Origin: Thalia democratica
Taxonomy: Eukaryota
Direction of reading: 5' to 3'
DNA length: 64,000 nucleotides
Assembly: GCA_965202585.1 (NCBI GenBank)
Contig: OZ241830.1
Coordinates: forward strand, 49,290,001-49,354,000
Shown in pieces: positions 1 through 11,310 of the stretch (the first letter of the stretch is position 1; each line of letters starts with the position of its first letter). The notes beneath the pieces were generated by a model. The model was given only the letters and a program-made list of their open reading frames with translations, had not been told where the DNA came from and made no database searches. A program made the position numbers and the translations under genes.

Positions 1-54
1 TTACTTAAATACCTATCTGACTATATACATGTGCTATGTTTTAAAATACATAAG

Positions 55-1293
55 CAGGGTTGCCACAGATCAAGCTGAGAAAAATTTCATGACTTTTCCT
101 GCATTTTTACTAAAATTTTCCTGAGTTTTCTAAATCAAACTCTTAAATTAAACTTATTCTAAAATACATAATTTAACATTTAAAACTATATAAAGCTTTC
201 AATCTAATTTTAATATAGTTCAAAACAACAGTTTTTTGCTGAATTCAATCATCAAACTTCCAGTACATTACTTAAACCATCTGTGTATGATTGACATATT
301 AGCAATAAATAGCTCTATCAGCAAAATACTTGTATTATTACCTTATAAACACAGCTTGTATGAAAAAAGACATATTTTTTTTAGTATTTACTAACATAAA
401 TGTATCTAAATAAACGAAACAACATATAAGGAGCTTTTACAATTAAAAGTTCAATTACTAACAAACTTTCACAACTAAATCCTTTAAACAATAACAAACT
501 TTTACAATTAAAAACTCAAAAGAATAAAGAAGTTAATCAAACACTGTTTTTTAACTATATGTACTAAAATTTATTTTCTCCGTTTTTTATTAGCACTTCA
601 ACCTCTTCATCTAATAAAGACATGGTCTGCTTCATCTGGTCTGCATCCCACTTCATTTTTTTTACAATTAAAACTATTTGCCTCATTTTATTTAAATCAT
701 TCTCATCTGCTGTCCTTACACTTGTCAAAGAGAATTTTTTCTCTAAATCTAGCCACAATTTGTGAGCTTTATGTCTTTTCTTTTTGCACTCATATATATT
801 TACCTTTAATTTTGCTGCCTCAATTATTTAATTAAACAAAAAACACTTTGATTTTAAAATTATGCCAGATAAACCTTTATATATCACAGTTTGAGTTTCA
901 CTATGGAAGTGTCCTTGCTACAGATCATCAATACTAAAAAGCTTACAAAACTGATGTTGATAAAAAAAATTTGCAGTTTTTTAAGGATATTTAATAATCA
1001 AACTAGATGAAGGCATTGGAAATTAACAATTCTGTAAATTTCTAGGAAAATTTTGCAATTTTAACCAGACTTTAAAGGATTTTTGATTATTTTTTTATCA
1101 TTTGAAAGCTTTGGAAAATAAGGAATTTTGTAAATTTAAACTAACAAATTTGAAAATTTTTTTTTAATATTGTGAATTTTCCTGACTTTTTTTTTCAAAA
1201 ACCCCACATTTTTTTATGACTTTTGTCTTTTTTTTTTATTTTTTACTGACTTTTCCTTATTTTCTGACTTTTCCTGACTTTGTGGAAACCCTG
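55..1293 (-). mobile_element. Non-autonomous hAT-like DNA transposon with 6-bp TSD (family H6, copy 1)
   Basis: Termini CAGGGTTGCCAC (55) and GTGGAAACCCTG (1293); subterminal AAGTCAGGAAA-type repeats; flanks CATAAG/CATAAA (5/6 match). Homologous in opposite orientation to 17958-18950. Confidence 0.8.
564..960 (-). pseudogene. Probable decayed transposase C-terminal remnant inside H6 copy 1
   Basis: ORF 564-758 (LWLDLEKKFSLTSVRTADEND...) plus broken protein-like frames upstream, inside the TIR element. No diagnostic motif recognised. Confidence 0.4.
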
Positions 1294-2522
1294 CATAAAC
1301 CTAGTTTACCTTTCAAATAGCTTTTCGACCCATCACAAAGCAGAGTAAGGGAGTTAATTACAAGTACAAAACATCACTTTTTTTTGTACAACAAATGGTA
1401 AAGCAAAATACATATATATATATATATACAATTACTTCTAGCTTGTTATTACTTTCTAAAATGACTTACAATTATACACATTTTAACATTCTCCATACTT
1501 TAGGAAAAACACCTTGCTATTTTAAACTATAACCAACAACGAGCTCTAAAATTTTTACGGATTTCAAAGGTTATGGTTATATATTTTAAAATATCTTAAT
1601 TAAAATTTAAGAGTTTAAGCTTTTTGTTGTCTTTGATTTACTTTACTTTTTTTTTTTTTTGGTTTAAAACTATAGACAACAATAAGCTTTATTGTTTCTA
1701 ATGGTTTTCAAAGTTTTCAAGTTACAGATTGCAAAACAAAATCTATACACATTCCACTTACAGTTAGATATAAAAAATGTTGTTCAAACTATAAATTTCA
1801 ATTATAAATTTTATATTTACTATTCCATACTATTCTTAAAAACTTTACTACCTTTTTTTTTGTTCTTTCATTTATTTTTCTACTTGTTTGCTGACAAAAC
1901 ATTAAAAGTCCTTAAGCAATAATAAGGAGTTAATAAAAAAGCTTTGGAATTTTTTGAACTTAAAAATTTTTTTTGTTTTTAGTAATATTAAGATCAGGAC
2001 AAAAAAATCACAAATAACAATTGACATACCAGAATGACAATTTGAGAAACTTGGTTTTAAAGTTCTAATACTATCACTACTGTACCTTATTTTGTAATTT
2101 TTATGTTAAAATATAATATGTAAGTGTTTTATAAATGTAGTACCACCAAAATTATTGACTTTATTTTTTTTAATTTAAAATTGTTCAATGTTAACATGTA
2201 AGAAGCAAGTAAAATTACAAATGATGTAACTAACTAGCCTAAGTTAGAAAAACTTTTTAAGATTAATTAAATAAGGTAGCAAACTGTTTTTTTTTAATTC
2301 CACATTTTCCGAATTTATTCCAAGATTTTAAAAGTAATACTTTTTTGATTGTATGTTTAGTTTATAATTAAGTTTAAGGTAAAATACTGTGTTAATTCGT
2401 ATAACTACATTGAAAAGATACTTTAAAGCTATTTAAAATGCTTTTTTTTAATATTGACAAATGACTTTAATCTACATGATATATTTTTTCTTTCAAATCA
2501 AAATTTTACTACTTAATATGAT

Positions 2523-2620
2523 AAAATTGTTTAAAATTTCAGGTTTGGTAGTGATTTTTGTTCAAAATTACAGGTTTTTTTAGCCTAAATTGTCTAATTC
2601 CAGGTTTTTTGGCCACCCTG
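2523..2620 (+). mobile_element. Isolated right terminus of a CAGGGTGGCC-type DNA transposon
   Basis: Repeated CAGGTTT subterminal motifs ending in GGCCACCCTG; partner end not found. Confidence 0.5.
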
Positions 2621-5600
2621 TATAAGGTTTGAGTGAAACTAACATGTTTTTACCTTTATAACAAAAAAGAAAACTATAAACATTGTTGGCAGTGGCACTC
2701 TTTGAAGCAAAAAATATTTTAATTTTTTTGGATATTGTTATAGATTTCATCAATTAAGTTTCACAAACCAACCATTCTTTTACTTTTAAATTACTGTTGA
2801 TTATCAAGTATGTTCCATGATAAACTTATTTTTTTAATTTATAACCTTTTAACAGAAATCACAACAGTATACATAATAATAAAATGTAACTCAAAGTTTG
2901 TATGAGATAAAAATCATGCATTTATGATAGAATATAAATAAACACAAAAGTTTTTGTTTTCACTCTATTCATATTTCAAGAGCATATAAAGTTTGTTGTT
3001 ATTTCTCTGTATGCATCTTTATAATTGCGAAAATTGATTATCTAAATAAATATGTAATATACTTAGTTTTTTTTAATTAAATACTATCGAGTTCTACATT
3101 TTAAATGTTTGTTTGAAGTCAATCTAAATCTGAAACTTCAATTGTTAACAGTAAAATTTTAAACGGAAGTAGTTTGATTAAATTAAAACATATATAATAT
3201 GTTATAGAAAAAAAAAAAGTCATTTTTAAGCAGTTTCAAAAGAAATGTAAAATATATATCTTACTGTGATCTTCTTGTTAAAGACGCACTATAATCTTAT
3301 TAAAACAATTTTTACCTAAAAACCAATATGCTTAAGGTAAATTTTATAATACTTAAATTTTTTGTTTTAAAAATAATAATTATAAAGATTAACAATAAGA
3401 AAACATTTGCATTTTAAAAGTTTTATTTAATTAAAGTTAAGAAGAATATTAATAAAAAAGAAGTGTATAAACGTACTTGAAAAATGAGAACATATATATA
3501 ATGATTTAAGGAGAATAAAGTATATTACAGATTAAGTATATAAAGTGAACCATTAATAGTAATGGGCTACGAGGAATAAATGATGATTAATATAACTTTT
3601 TTATAGTTTTAGAAAGTTGCCCATGAAAAAAATCTATAATGTCTATAATTTTCTAAAAAAACTTAAAATTAGCTACCAAAGTAGATATTTAAACAAGATC
3701 TAGTCAAACTTGGGAAATAAAAGTATCAACAATTTTTTTTTAATTTAAACTACTATTCAAAAAGTTAAATATCTTTACAGCTTAAATAAGTTTACTTAAA
3801 ATTATGTTTATTTTTAACTTTAAGTGACTGTAGATCGATTCATAACATTAGTTAACTTTAACATACTCGAGTAAACCATAAAGTATAAAATTGTATTTTT
3901 TGAGTTTCTGTCGAGGACTATGCTGTTTTGGTTAGTATGCAAAGTTATACTTTGTACTAAATTTTCATCTTTTGAATTAAGAAAGTTTTATCTAAAACCT
4001 TAACAAACTGAAACTTAACAGCAACAGCGTACTGCACTAATATTAAAAAACATTTTTTTACTTCAATATGTTTGTAAATATTTTTTTGTAAAACAGAACT
4101 ATGTACAGTAAAAGTTTGTAAAAATCTGTTTACCATATTAAAAACTAAAAAATTCTATTAATCAAAAAACAAATTCCTCATATTTTGATACTAGTAATAA
4201 TCACTTGACCACTACTCTGCTCAAGTAAAAGAAATTATAACAGTTTTAATTAAAATATATCGCTACAGCTTTTTATTTTATCGGACAGTAAAACACGGTA
4301 AAAAAGTATTTATAGTTGTATTGTTCACTGTGTAACAACTAACAAGCATGACATAAAAGTCTAAAATTAACTTTTAAAATTTAAATCTTTTACTTAAAAA
4401 TATTAGCAAAAGATTTAAAAAAATAAAATATCAAACTGTTTAAAATAAAAATGCAAAACTGAAAAGAAGAACTTATATATTTATCCCGCTAATGGCGACT
4501 TTTTGAACAATTATTACATTACATACTTTTAAATTTTAAGTCATTTTGTAGTTGACGAGTAGTTTCGAAAAGTAAAAGAAAAATGTTTTTTTGATTAAAA
4601 ATTTAGAACATTTGGAGAAGCTTGTTCAACTTTTATTACAGGTTGTAATTTTTTAACAATATAATTCTCATATTTAAAGAAACAGAGTGCATATAATTTT
4701 TTCAATGTGTCGTTTAAAAAAATGCTCACAAATTTGTGGAGCTTTATATGATATAATCATTAATCATATTTAATCAAGTGAGACTTTTATAAAAGAATCG
4801 TCCGATAACTCTATATTAGAATCTAATCTTTAGATCCAATATATACAAGGGGAATATTTGAATAATGCTGCATTCTTGAAATGCTGCATTGAAATGTTGT
4901 TTTGTTATTGTACATTTGGTTTGTATAATGTTATTATGTTCATTCTAGCATACAGAAAAAGTTTTGTTTCCAAAGAAGCTTATTACAAATGCAAAGTAAT
5001 TGCACTGTACAGTACAGTATATTAATTAAAAAAATTTTTAGTGTTTAATACCTATTTAAAATGTTTTTGAACAATCCTATAATAAAAGTAATTAAGGCCA
5101 TAAAGGTGGGGTCATGAAGTTATTCCACAAAAAATAAATTTGTTTATATAGATGGCTTAAATCTTAAACTATAAGTCAGTTTTATATTGTGTGTGATTGT
5201 GAGTTCACACTCACATATAGTTAATGCTGAGTTCACACTGGTAGCAGTGACCACACAATTAAGTTGTTGATGTATTTTTTTGTTTTAGCATCAGCAGTTA
5301 CTTGCTTGGGGATTTGAGCTTGATGATTTTACTACACTTTGTGGTTTTTAGTGTTGAAATTTTAACCTTTTTAGTGTTTGCCAAACTATGTGTCAAAAAG
5401 GTTAGTTTTCAATTAAGGGTTAGGATTAGTTTTTATTTTTATTTTGGTAAGTTAAAAATAAAATTTATGTTTAACCAAATAAAGTGTTTACCAAATGAAG
5501 TGTAACCAAGGGATAATTTTTGGTTTTCTACAAATTAATGGACGCACAAATTTAACTTGTTCAAATTTTTAATAAAATAAATTGAAATGAGCAATGTACC

Positions 5601-5739
5601 ATCTTTGCAGTATTTTTATGTTATCAATTTTTTTTTGTCCCAAGTTTTATAACTATTAAAACAAACAAAAATGTTTTGTTTTTAAAAACATGAAAAAAAT
5701 AAGAAAACCTAAAATGAAATTTCTAAAAAATAAAATTGG

Positions 5740-7053
5740 CTACAGCTTTACCTTGGAAATGAAATGTAAAAATTAAGATGGACTCCCAATAGCCTTAAGG
5801 ATTAGTTTTAAAACTGGGTGTTTTTAAAAGAATTTCAATATAAATCACAATTAATTTGTATTTTATAGCACAATATTATTCCAAAAAAAATCTTTTAAAA
5901 TTCTTGATAAATATTTTTTACTACATTAGGCTCTTTTTTTGCTATTTTTAAAAGTTTAGCACAGAGAAATGTGTGTCAATTTCAATCAATATTCAAAAGA
6001 AGTAGATTGGCTTTTAAAATGTTTTGACCTTGAAACAAAACAAAGACGGAGAGAAATTATAAAAGCTATTTTGTTCCCCAAAAATTTCTCTGCTCATCCA
6101 AGTGAGGAGGAATTCATATAGGCTGATGAAAAATCACTGCCAAGTTTCTGCTTCCAAATGTAACTGAACTTATAAAGCCAAAGGATCAAGGTATGCTTGA
6201 GTCTATTTAAAGGGTCTACAAAAAGTGGATTCTAAGAAATTCTTTATTGCAGTCAACCTTCAGCATACAGTACTTAAACAAAAGAGAATCAAGATTGTGA
6301 AAATAACTTCTGAAATAAGAAACTCATCAAAGAAATTGATGCCATTACCCAGCTCTTCCATACAAAACAGTGCCCCTTTGAAAGAAACTGGAAATAGTGG
6401 GTTTATCCAGCAATTTTAAAAGTTAAATATCACAATTACAGACAATAATATACACAACTAGATGAGTTGTGATGATCATAGGTATGAACACATGGAAGAG
6501 CAAGGAATTGTTGCACTGATTTCTGAAGACAACCAAAAAAAGGCTGATGAGGGTGTTGAAGATAAATATGATATTCCCCAAACATCTAAGTGTCTGTTTT
6601 CTTCTGCTGAAGCCATGCAAAAAATGGATGATTACTTAGTTCAATAATGTTGTCAACCAGAAGCCACACCAGAAAGTGTGTAGAACTCTTCCAATTCTAT
6701 GATTTTTCTGCTAAGAAAGGAGAAAGCTCTGTCAAACAAACCTCCATTTACTTTTTTAGAAAGAGTTCCAATATTAGTTAGGCGTAAATTATGTCAATTT
6801 GAAACTTAATTAAAGTATTGTTTCTTTTATTCTTTGTCTGTTTTGATAGTTTGTTTTGTTGAAAATAATGAAAATAAAGTAAACTAATTAAAAATTTAAT
6901 ATTTTTTTCATTGTATGCCTTGCATAATAGTTTATTTGCATATTAATTTATTAAAAAAAATACACTACTTGTAGTTATTCGGCCAAAGGCTTATCTGATC
7001 AAAGTTAAAAAACAAAACTTGCACATCATGGCCGGATAAGTGAGGAGGAACTG
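5740..7053 (+). mobile_element. 5'-truncated pogo/Tigger element with decayed DDE_1 transposase
   Basis: Broken frames read ...NFSAHPSEEE..DEK...FLLPNVTELIKPKDQGMLESI.RVYKK.., CDDHRYEHMEE, SSAEAM, KQTSI. These match Tigger motifs (DNAPSHP, FLPPNTTSLIQPMDQG). Right TIR CCGGATAAGTGAGGAGGAACTG is followed by TA at 7054. Confidence 0.75.
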
Positions 7054-7651
7054 TACTAGAACTAGACATTTAAACCTAAAAAAACTTCAAATAGATAAAG
7101 TAGATAAGACTAAATCTCTAAACAAGAAAAGCAAAATGCTAAATATATGTATATATAATTTTTTTAGCAAAACTAAACCAAATTAAGATCAAAGTAAATT
7201 TAAGCTGTGAACACACGCAGTTTTAAAACATTTTCCAATATCATTTTTCCCATTCTGTATTTAACAAAATCTTTTGTAGGAATTACTAAAACGTTTTCAA
7301 AATGTACAAGTTCTTTAATTAATGACAAAAGAAAAGGAACCCTTATTAATACTCAACTTACTATTCAAAAATGTTTGACATCATTACTACATCACAATAT
7401 TTATAACATTTGTAAATTATATAAAACATTTAAATTCACGTTTAATAAGGTTTTTTAATGATTTTTTTATATATGAAATAAAATGTCTCATATATAAAAC
7501 AGTCATGAAAAAACTGTGTTTTAGTATATAAGTAAATGATTAGCCTCATTTTTTTTTGTTAGCACTATTGACCCAAACTTAAAAACAAAACTATAAATAT
7601 TAAAATATATACTTCACAATGTATTTAAAAAAATCATTTATGAATGTCTCT

Positions 7652-7975
7652 CAGGAATTGCCACATGCTCAAGATAACTCAGGATATTTTGAATTTGTTT
7701 TTCAAACTCAGGTTGACTCAGGATAGAGTTGTTTTATTTTTTAAAAACTAAGCATAGTTTTAAATTTTTAAAACCTAAGGCCTTTTTTTCTATATTTTGA
7801 AAGGGATTTTTTTTTGTTTAGTTTTAACATTTTGTTGTTTTAATACAAATTTTGTTTAAAAAACTTGTTTTTTGTTGATTTTAAAAAGTTTTTTGTTTTT
7901 TAAGGGTTTGAAAAATGACTCAGGACTGTTTCAGGTCACTCAGGATAGTTTTTGACTCAAAGAGTGGTAATCCTG
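7652..7975 (+). mobile_element. MITE with CAGG..TTGCCAC / GTGGTAATCCTG ends and ACTCAGGA subterminal motifs
   Basis: Degenerate TIRs; same family as 33340-33699 and the end fragment at 11580-11660. Confidence 0.65.
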
Positions 7976-8105
7976 TGTCTTGTGTCTTGAATTTTTGTAA
8001 GTTTAAATATTTTTGTATATTAGTCTATTATATACTAATATGTGTATATATAAGATTTAACGTTAAAAGGCGTTAAATCCTGATAAAGCTAAGCTTATCG
8101 GAAAA

Positions 8106-8336
8106 ATACCACATATGTTCTTGTGCTAAAACTTTATTTCAACTAACGGCGTTTCACTGCTCTCAAATAAATTTAAGAACAGATCTACGGAGTCTCAAAA
8201 AGCTCTAAGAATAGGATTTTGTCATATATATTCTTAGAGCTTTTTGAGACTCCGTAGATCTGTTCTTAAATTTATTTGAGAGCAGTGAAACGCCGTTAGT
8301 TGAAATAAAGTTTTATCACAAGAACATCTGTGGTAT
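8106..8336. repeat. Near-perfect 108-bp inverted repeat (hairpin) with 15-nt loop
   Basis: 8106-8213 is the reverse complement of 8229-8336 with about 2 mismatches. Confidence 0.95.
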
Positions 8337-8890
8337 GTGTATATATATTTATCTAATTATATAAAAACTATAATTTAAACAGCTGATTCACACATTGAAA
8401 TGTAAAATTTCATGTGATTGTCTGTAAGTTACAGTTTATTATAATAGTGAACAGAAATTTTGATTTTAAAATTTTTATAATAATTGTAAAGTAGTAATGT
8501 TACAGTTTATTGTGCGACTAGCTGAATTTGAAATAATATGCTGTGAATGTTATTTTTTGCTTTTTAGGAACGTTTAAAAAGGTTATTTTGGAAAAATGTT
8601 TTAGGCTATTAGAAAAATTTTTTTATACTGTTGGGAAAAATGTTATAAAGTACTCGTGTTTGCCGCTTTGATTTTATTTTGTTTTAATATTTAGTTGGTT
8701 TTAATTTTGTTAAAAGAGTAAATTTTTGATAATGGATGCATATGTTTTCTTTTGCTTTTCTTGTTTAGTGTTACACTCTTATCTGATTTTTCGATTTCTA
8801 TTTTTTCTAAGTTACAAAGTTTGCAGCCGAATTTAGTATTGAGTTTTAATTTTGTCCTGTTTAATATTTCCCATTTAATTTTGTAGTCTA

Positions 8891-9703
8891 ATAATAACTC
8901 CGACCAAGACTAATAAAACTATCTAATAACAAATAATCCTTCAACAATGTAAAAAATGAATACCAAAAAGCATTAAATTCGGCCAATTATAAAAACACCT
9001 TAAAGTACGATAAGACCACTTTACCAAAAAGAAATAAAAAACAAAGAGAGAAAGAGACATAATATATTTCAACCTACCATTCAGTCTAAATATAAGTTCC
9101 AAAATAGGCAAACAGTTCTTAAACCTGATTACTACATCATTTGACAAAAACCACCCATTCCATAAAATATTCAACCGAAACACAATTAAAATATCTTACA
9201 GTTGCACAAGTAATTTCAGAAGTAAAATAATAGCTCACAACAACAAAATATTAAACAAAAGCAATATTGACGATAAAAGCACCATAAAAGATAAACTTTG
9301 TAATTGCCGTAAAGAACCTTGCCCTTTAAATAACAAATGCCTAGTGTCAAATATAATTTATAAAGCAACAGTAACATCAAATAAAACAACACAGCAATAT
9401 ATAGGATCTACAGAATATACCTTTAAACATAGATACAGAAACCACAAATCATCATTCAACAATATTAACAAAAGACACACAACAGAACTAGCAAATTACA
9501 TATGGAACTTAAAAGATAACAATACAGACTACAAAATTAAATGGGAAATATTAAACAGGACAAAATTAAAATTCAATACTAAATTCGGCTGCAAACTTTG
9601 TAACTTAGAAAAAATAGAAATCGAAAAATCAGATAAGAACGTAACACTAAACAAGAAAAGCGAAATAAAACGTATGCATCCATTATCAAAAATACTCTTT
9701 TAA
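8891..9703 (+). pseudogene. PLE RT-thumb/linker plus GIY-YIG endonuclease remnant (Naiad/Neptune-like Cys linker)
   Basis: Reads ...IFNRNTIKISYSC...CNCRKEPCPLNNKCLVSNIIYKAT...QYIGSTEYTFKHRYRNHKSSF..TELANYIWNLK..CKLCNLEK. There is an in-frame TAA near 8933 and a frameshift near 9665 before the terminal CxH motif. Confidence 0.88.
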
Positions 9704-9976
9704 CAAAATTAAAACCAACTAAATATTAAAACAAAATAAAATCAAAGCGGCAAACACGAGTATTTTATAACATTTTTCCCAACAGTCTAAAAAATTTTTT
9801 CTAATAGCGTAAAACATTTTTCCAAAATAACCTTTTTAAACGTTACTAAAAAGCATAAAATAACATTCAAAGCGTATTATTTCAAATTCAGCTAGTCGCA
9901 CAATAATCTGTAACATTACTACTTCACAATTATTATAAACATTTTAAAATCAAAATTTCTGTTCACTATTATAATA

Positions 9977-10047
9977 AACTGTAACTTACTGACAATCACA
10001 TGAAATTTTACATTTCAATGTGTGAAACAGCTGTTTAAATTATAGTT
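9977..10047 (+). ncRNA. Type I hammerhead ribozyme relic in PLE pLTR
   Basis: Stem I AACTGTAACTTA/TAAATTATAGTT (11 of 12 pairs), core CTGACAA, stem II CACAT..ATGTG, GAAAC, palindromic stem III AACAGCTGTT, cleavage triplet GTT. An antisense copy at 8366-8436 is more degraded. Confidence 0.7.
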
Positions 10048-10146
10048 TTTATATAATTAGATAAATATTTAGCTCCTATTTAGTTTGTGGAGCACTATCG
10101 ATTAGAACTTTTTATAAAACCTTTAATATATATTTATATATATATA

Positions 10147-10530
10147 TAAAATAAGGTTAATATTCAAACTTGAACACCTTCTACTGAGCCCGCTTGAAGA
10201 GCTTTAAAATAATTTATAGAAATGTCGATTTTAAAAATACTGGAACATATGTTTGATAAAGACAAAAAAGATTAAAGACAATCTTTTTTGTTTTTATCAA
10301 ACATATGTTCCAGTATTTTTAAAATTGACATTTCATTAAACTATTTATTTATATACATATATATTACAGTTTATTAGAAAAATATGATTTTAAAATACTA
10401 GTACATATGTACCATAAAGCTAAACACTTTAATCATCAGCTAGAGCCCTTTATTCATAAATCTTTAACCATAAAGCCCTTTAAGTGGGCTGTGTAGAAGG
10501 TGTTCAAGTTTAAATAACCCCCTAATTTTA
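10147..10530. mobile_element. MITE with ~60-bp TIRs and an internal 55-bp hairpin
   Basis: AAACTTGAACACCTTCTAC..GCCCGCTTGAAG is mirrored at 10471-10530. Inner arms 10219-10273 and 10280-10334 enclose a 6-nt loop. Confidence 0.75.
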
Positions 10531-11123
10531 TAATATATATATTTTGTTCATTTATTATAATTGTAATTGTCTTTTTTAAGAAAAATTAACATGGCCAATT
10601 TTGGCTGATAGTACGATTTTTAATTAAAAACTAATTATTTAAAAGTTAAATAGGTGAGTTGCTAATTTCTTAGACTAATTTAGATTAGTTTGTGTAAAAG
10701 TCTAGGTTTTTTAATTAAAGCTTTACATTGCATATACCATTCAACAAGTTAAAGTTTGTTAAACTTAATTTTGATGCTTTTTTATGCATAGCTGAACAGT
10801 TTTTTATAAGTATTGGGACAGGTTTATTAGCATAAACGTTTGCAGTCCTTAATAGTTCGGAAGAACAGGTTATAATAATCTATTAGTTTCTTTCACTTAA
10901 ATAGTCTTTTGTTCAGTTCTGGCAAAAGTGTGTGCAACTAAGTATAAGTTTTACAACTAATTTTACGAAACTTCAAAAATATCTTTTTTGCTTTGAGACA
11001 AATATGTTCCTATACATTTCTTCTAGGTAATGAGTAAAAACTGTTTTAACTTATATATGAAACAATTTTATCTTGTGAAAATTTCCTTAAAATAGTTGAA
11101 AATTACTTAACAGTTAGTAATGA

Positions 11124-11310
11124 ATGGTAATTAATACAGCTGTAATGAGATTTTATACATGTTTATGCAATCAGAGTTTGGCTACAAGCAGATACTACTC
11201 TGTTCACAGAAAAACAAGTAAACCATCAACAGTAAAGTTACAAAAGTTAATAGAGGAATACAGTCAATTTTCACCAAGCCCAATTTCTTTGAGGCAATTT
11301 ATTGACTTTG
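11124..11310 (+). CDS. PDK: PDK coding exon 1 (transit peptide to FIDF)
   Basis: [11 protein letters not shown]...[19 protein letters not shown]; donor GTTAGT; upstream acceptor TAACAG at 11113 suggests a spliced 5' UTR. An alternative ATG is present a few codons downstream. Confidence 0.9.

Larger units (their letters stand above)
8345..10068 (+). mobile_element. 5'-truncated Penelope-like retroelement with inverted upstream pLTR
   Basis: 8345-8889 is the reverse complement of 9526-10068 (~545 bp), enclosing a GIY-YIG coding segment. This is the typical PLE inverted pseudo-LTR layout. Confidence 0.9.

Noticed and set aside
4480-4640. Possible PDK promoter and first non-coding exon (AATGGCG motif, CAG|GTTGTA)
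   Set aside because: The motifs are too short to be significant in this composition without transcript data.
1692-7458. Short F/L/I/K-rich ORFs (1692, 5302, 7207 and similar elsewhere)
   Set aside because: Composition reflects AT-rich non-coding DNA; mostly non-ATG starts and no motifs.
9290-9345. Selenocysteine recoding, reported for some Naiad PLEs
   Set aside because: All linker cysteines are TGT/TGC here and the in-frame stop seen is TAA, not TGA.
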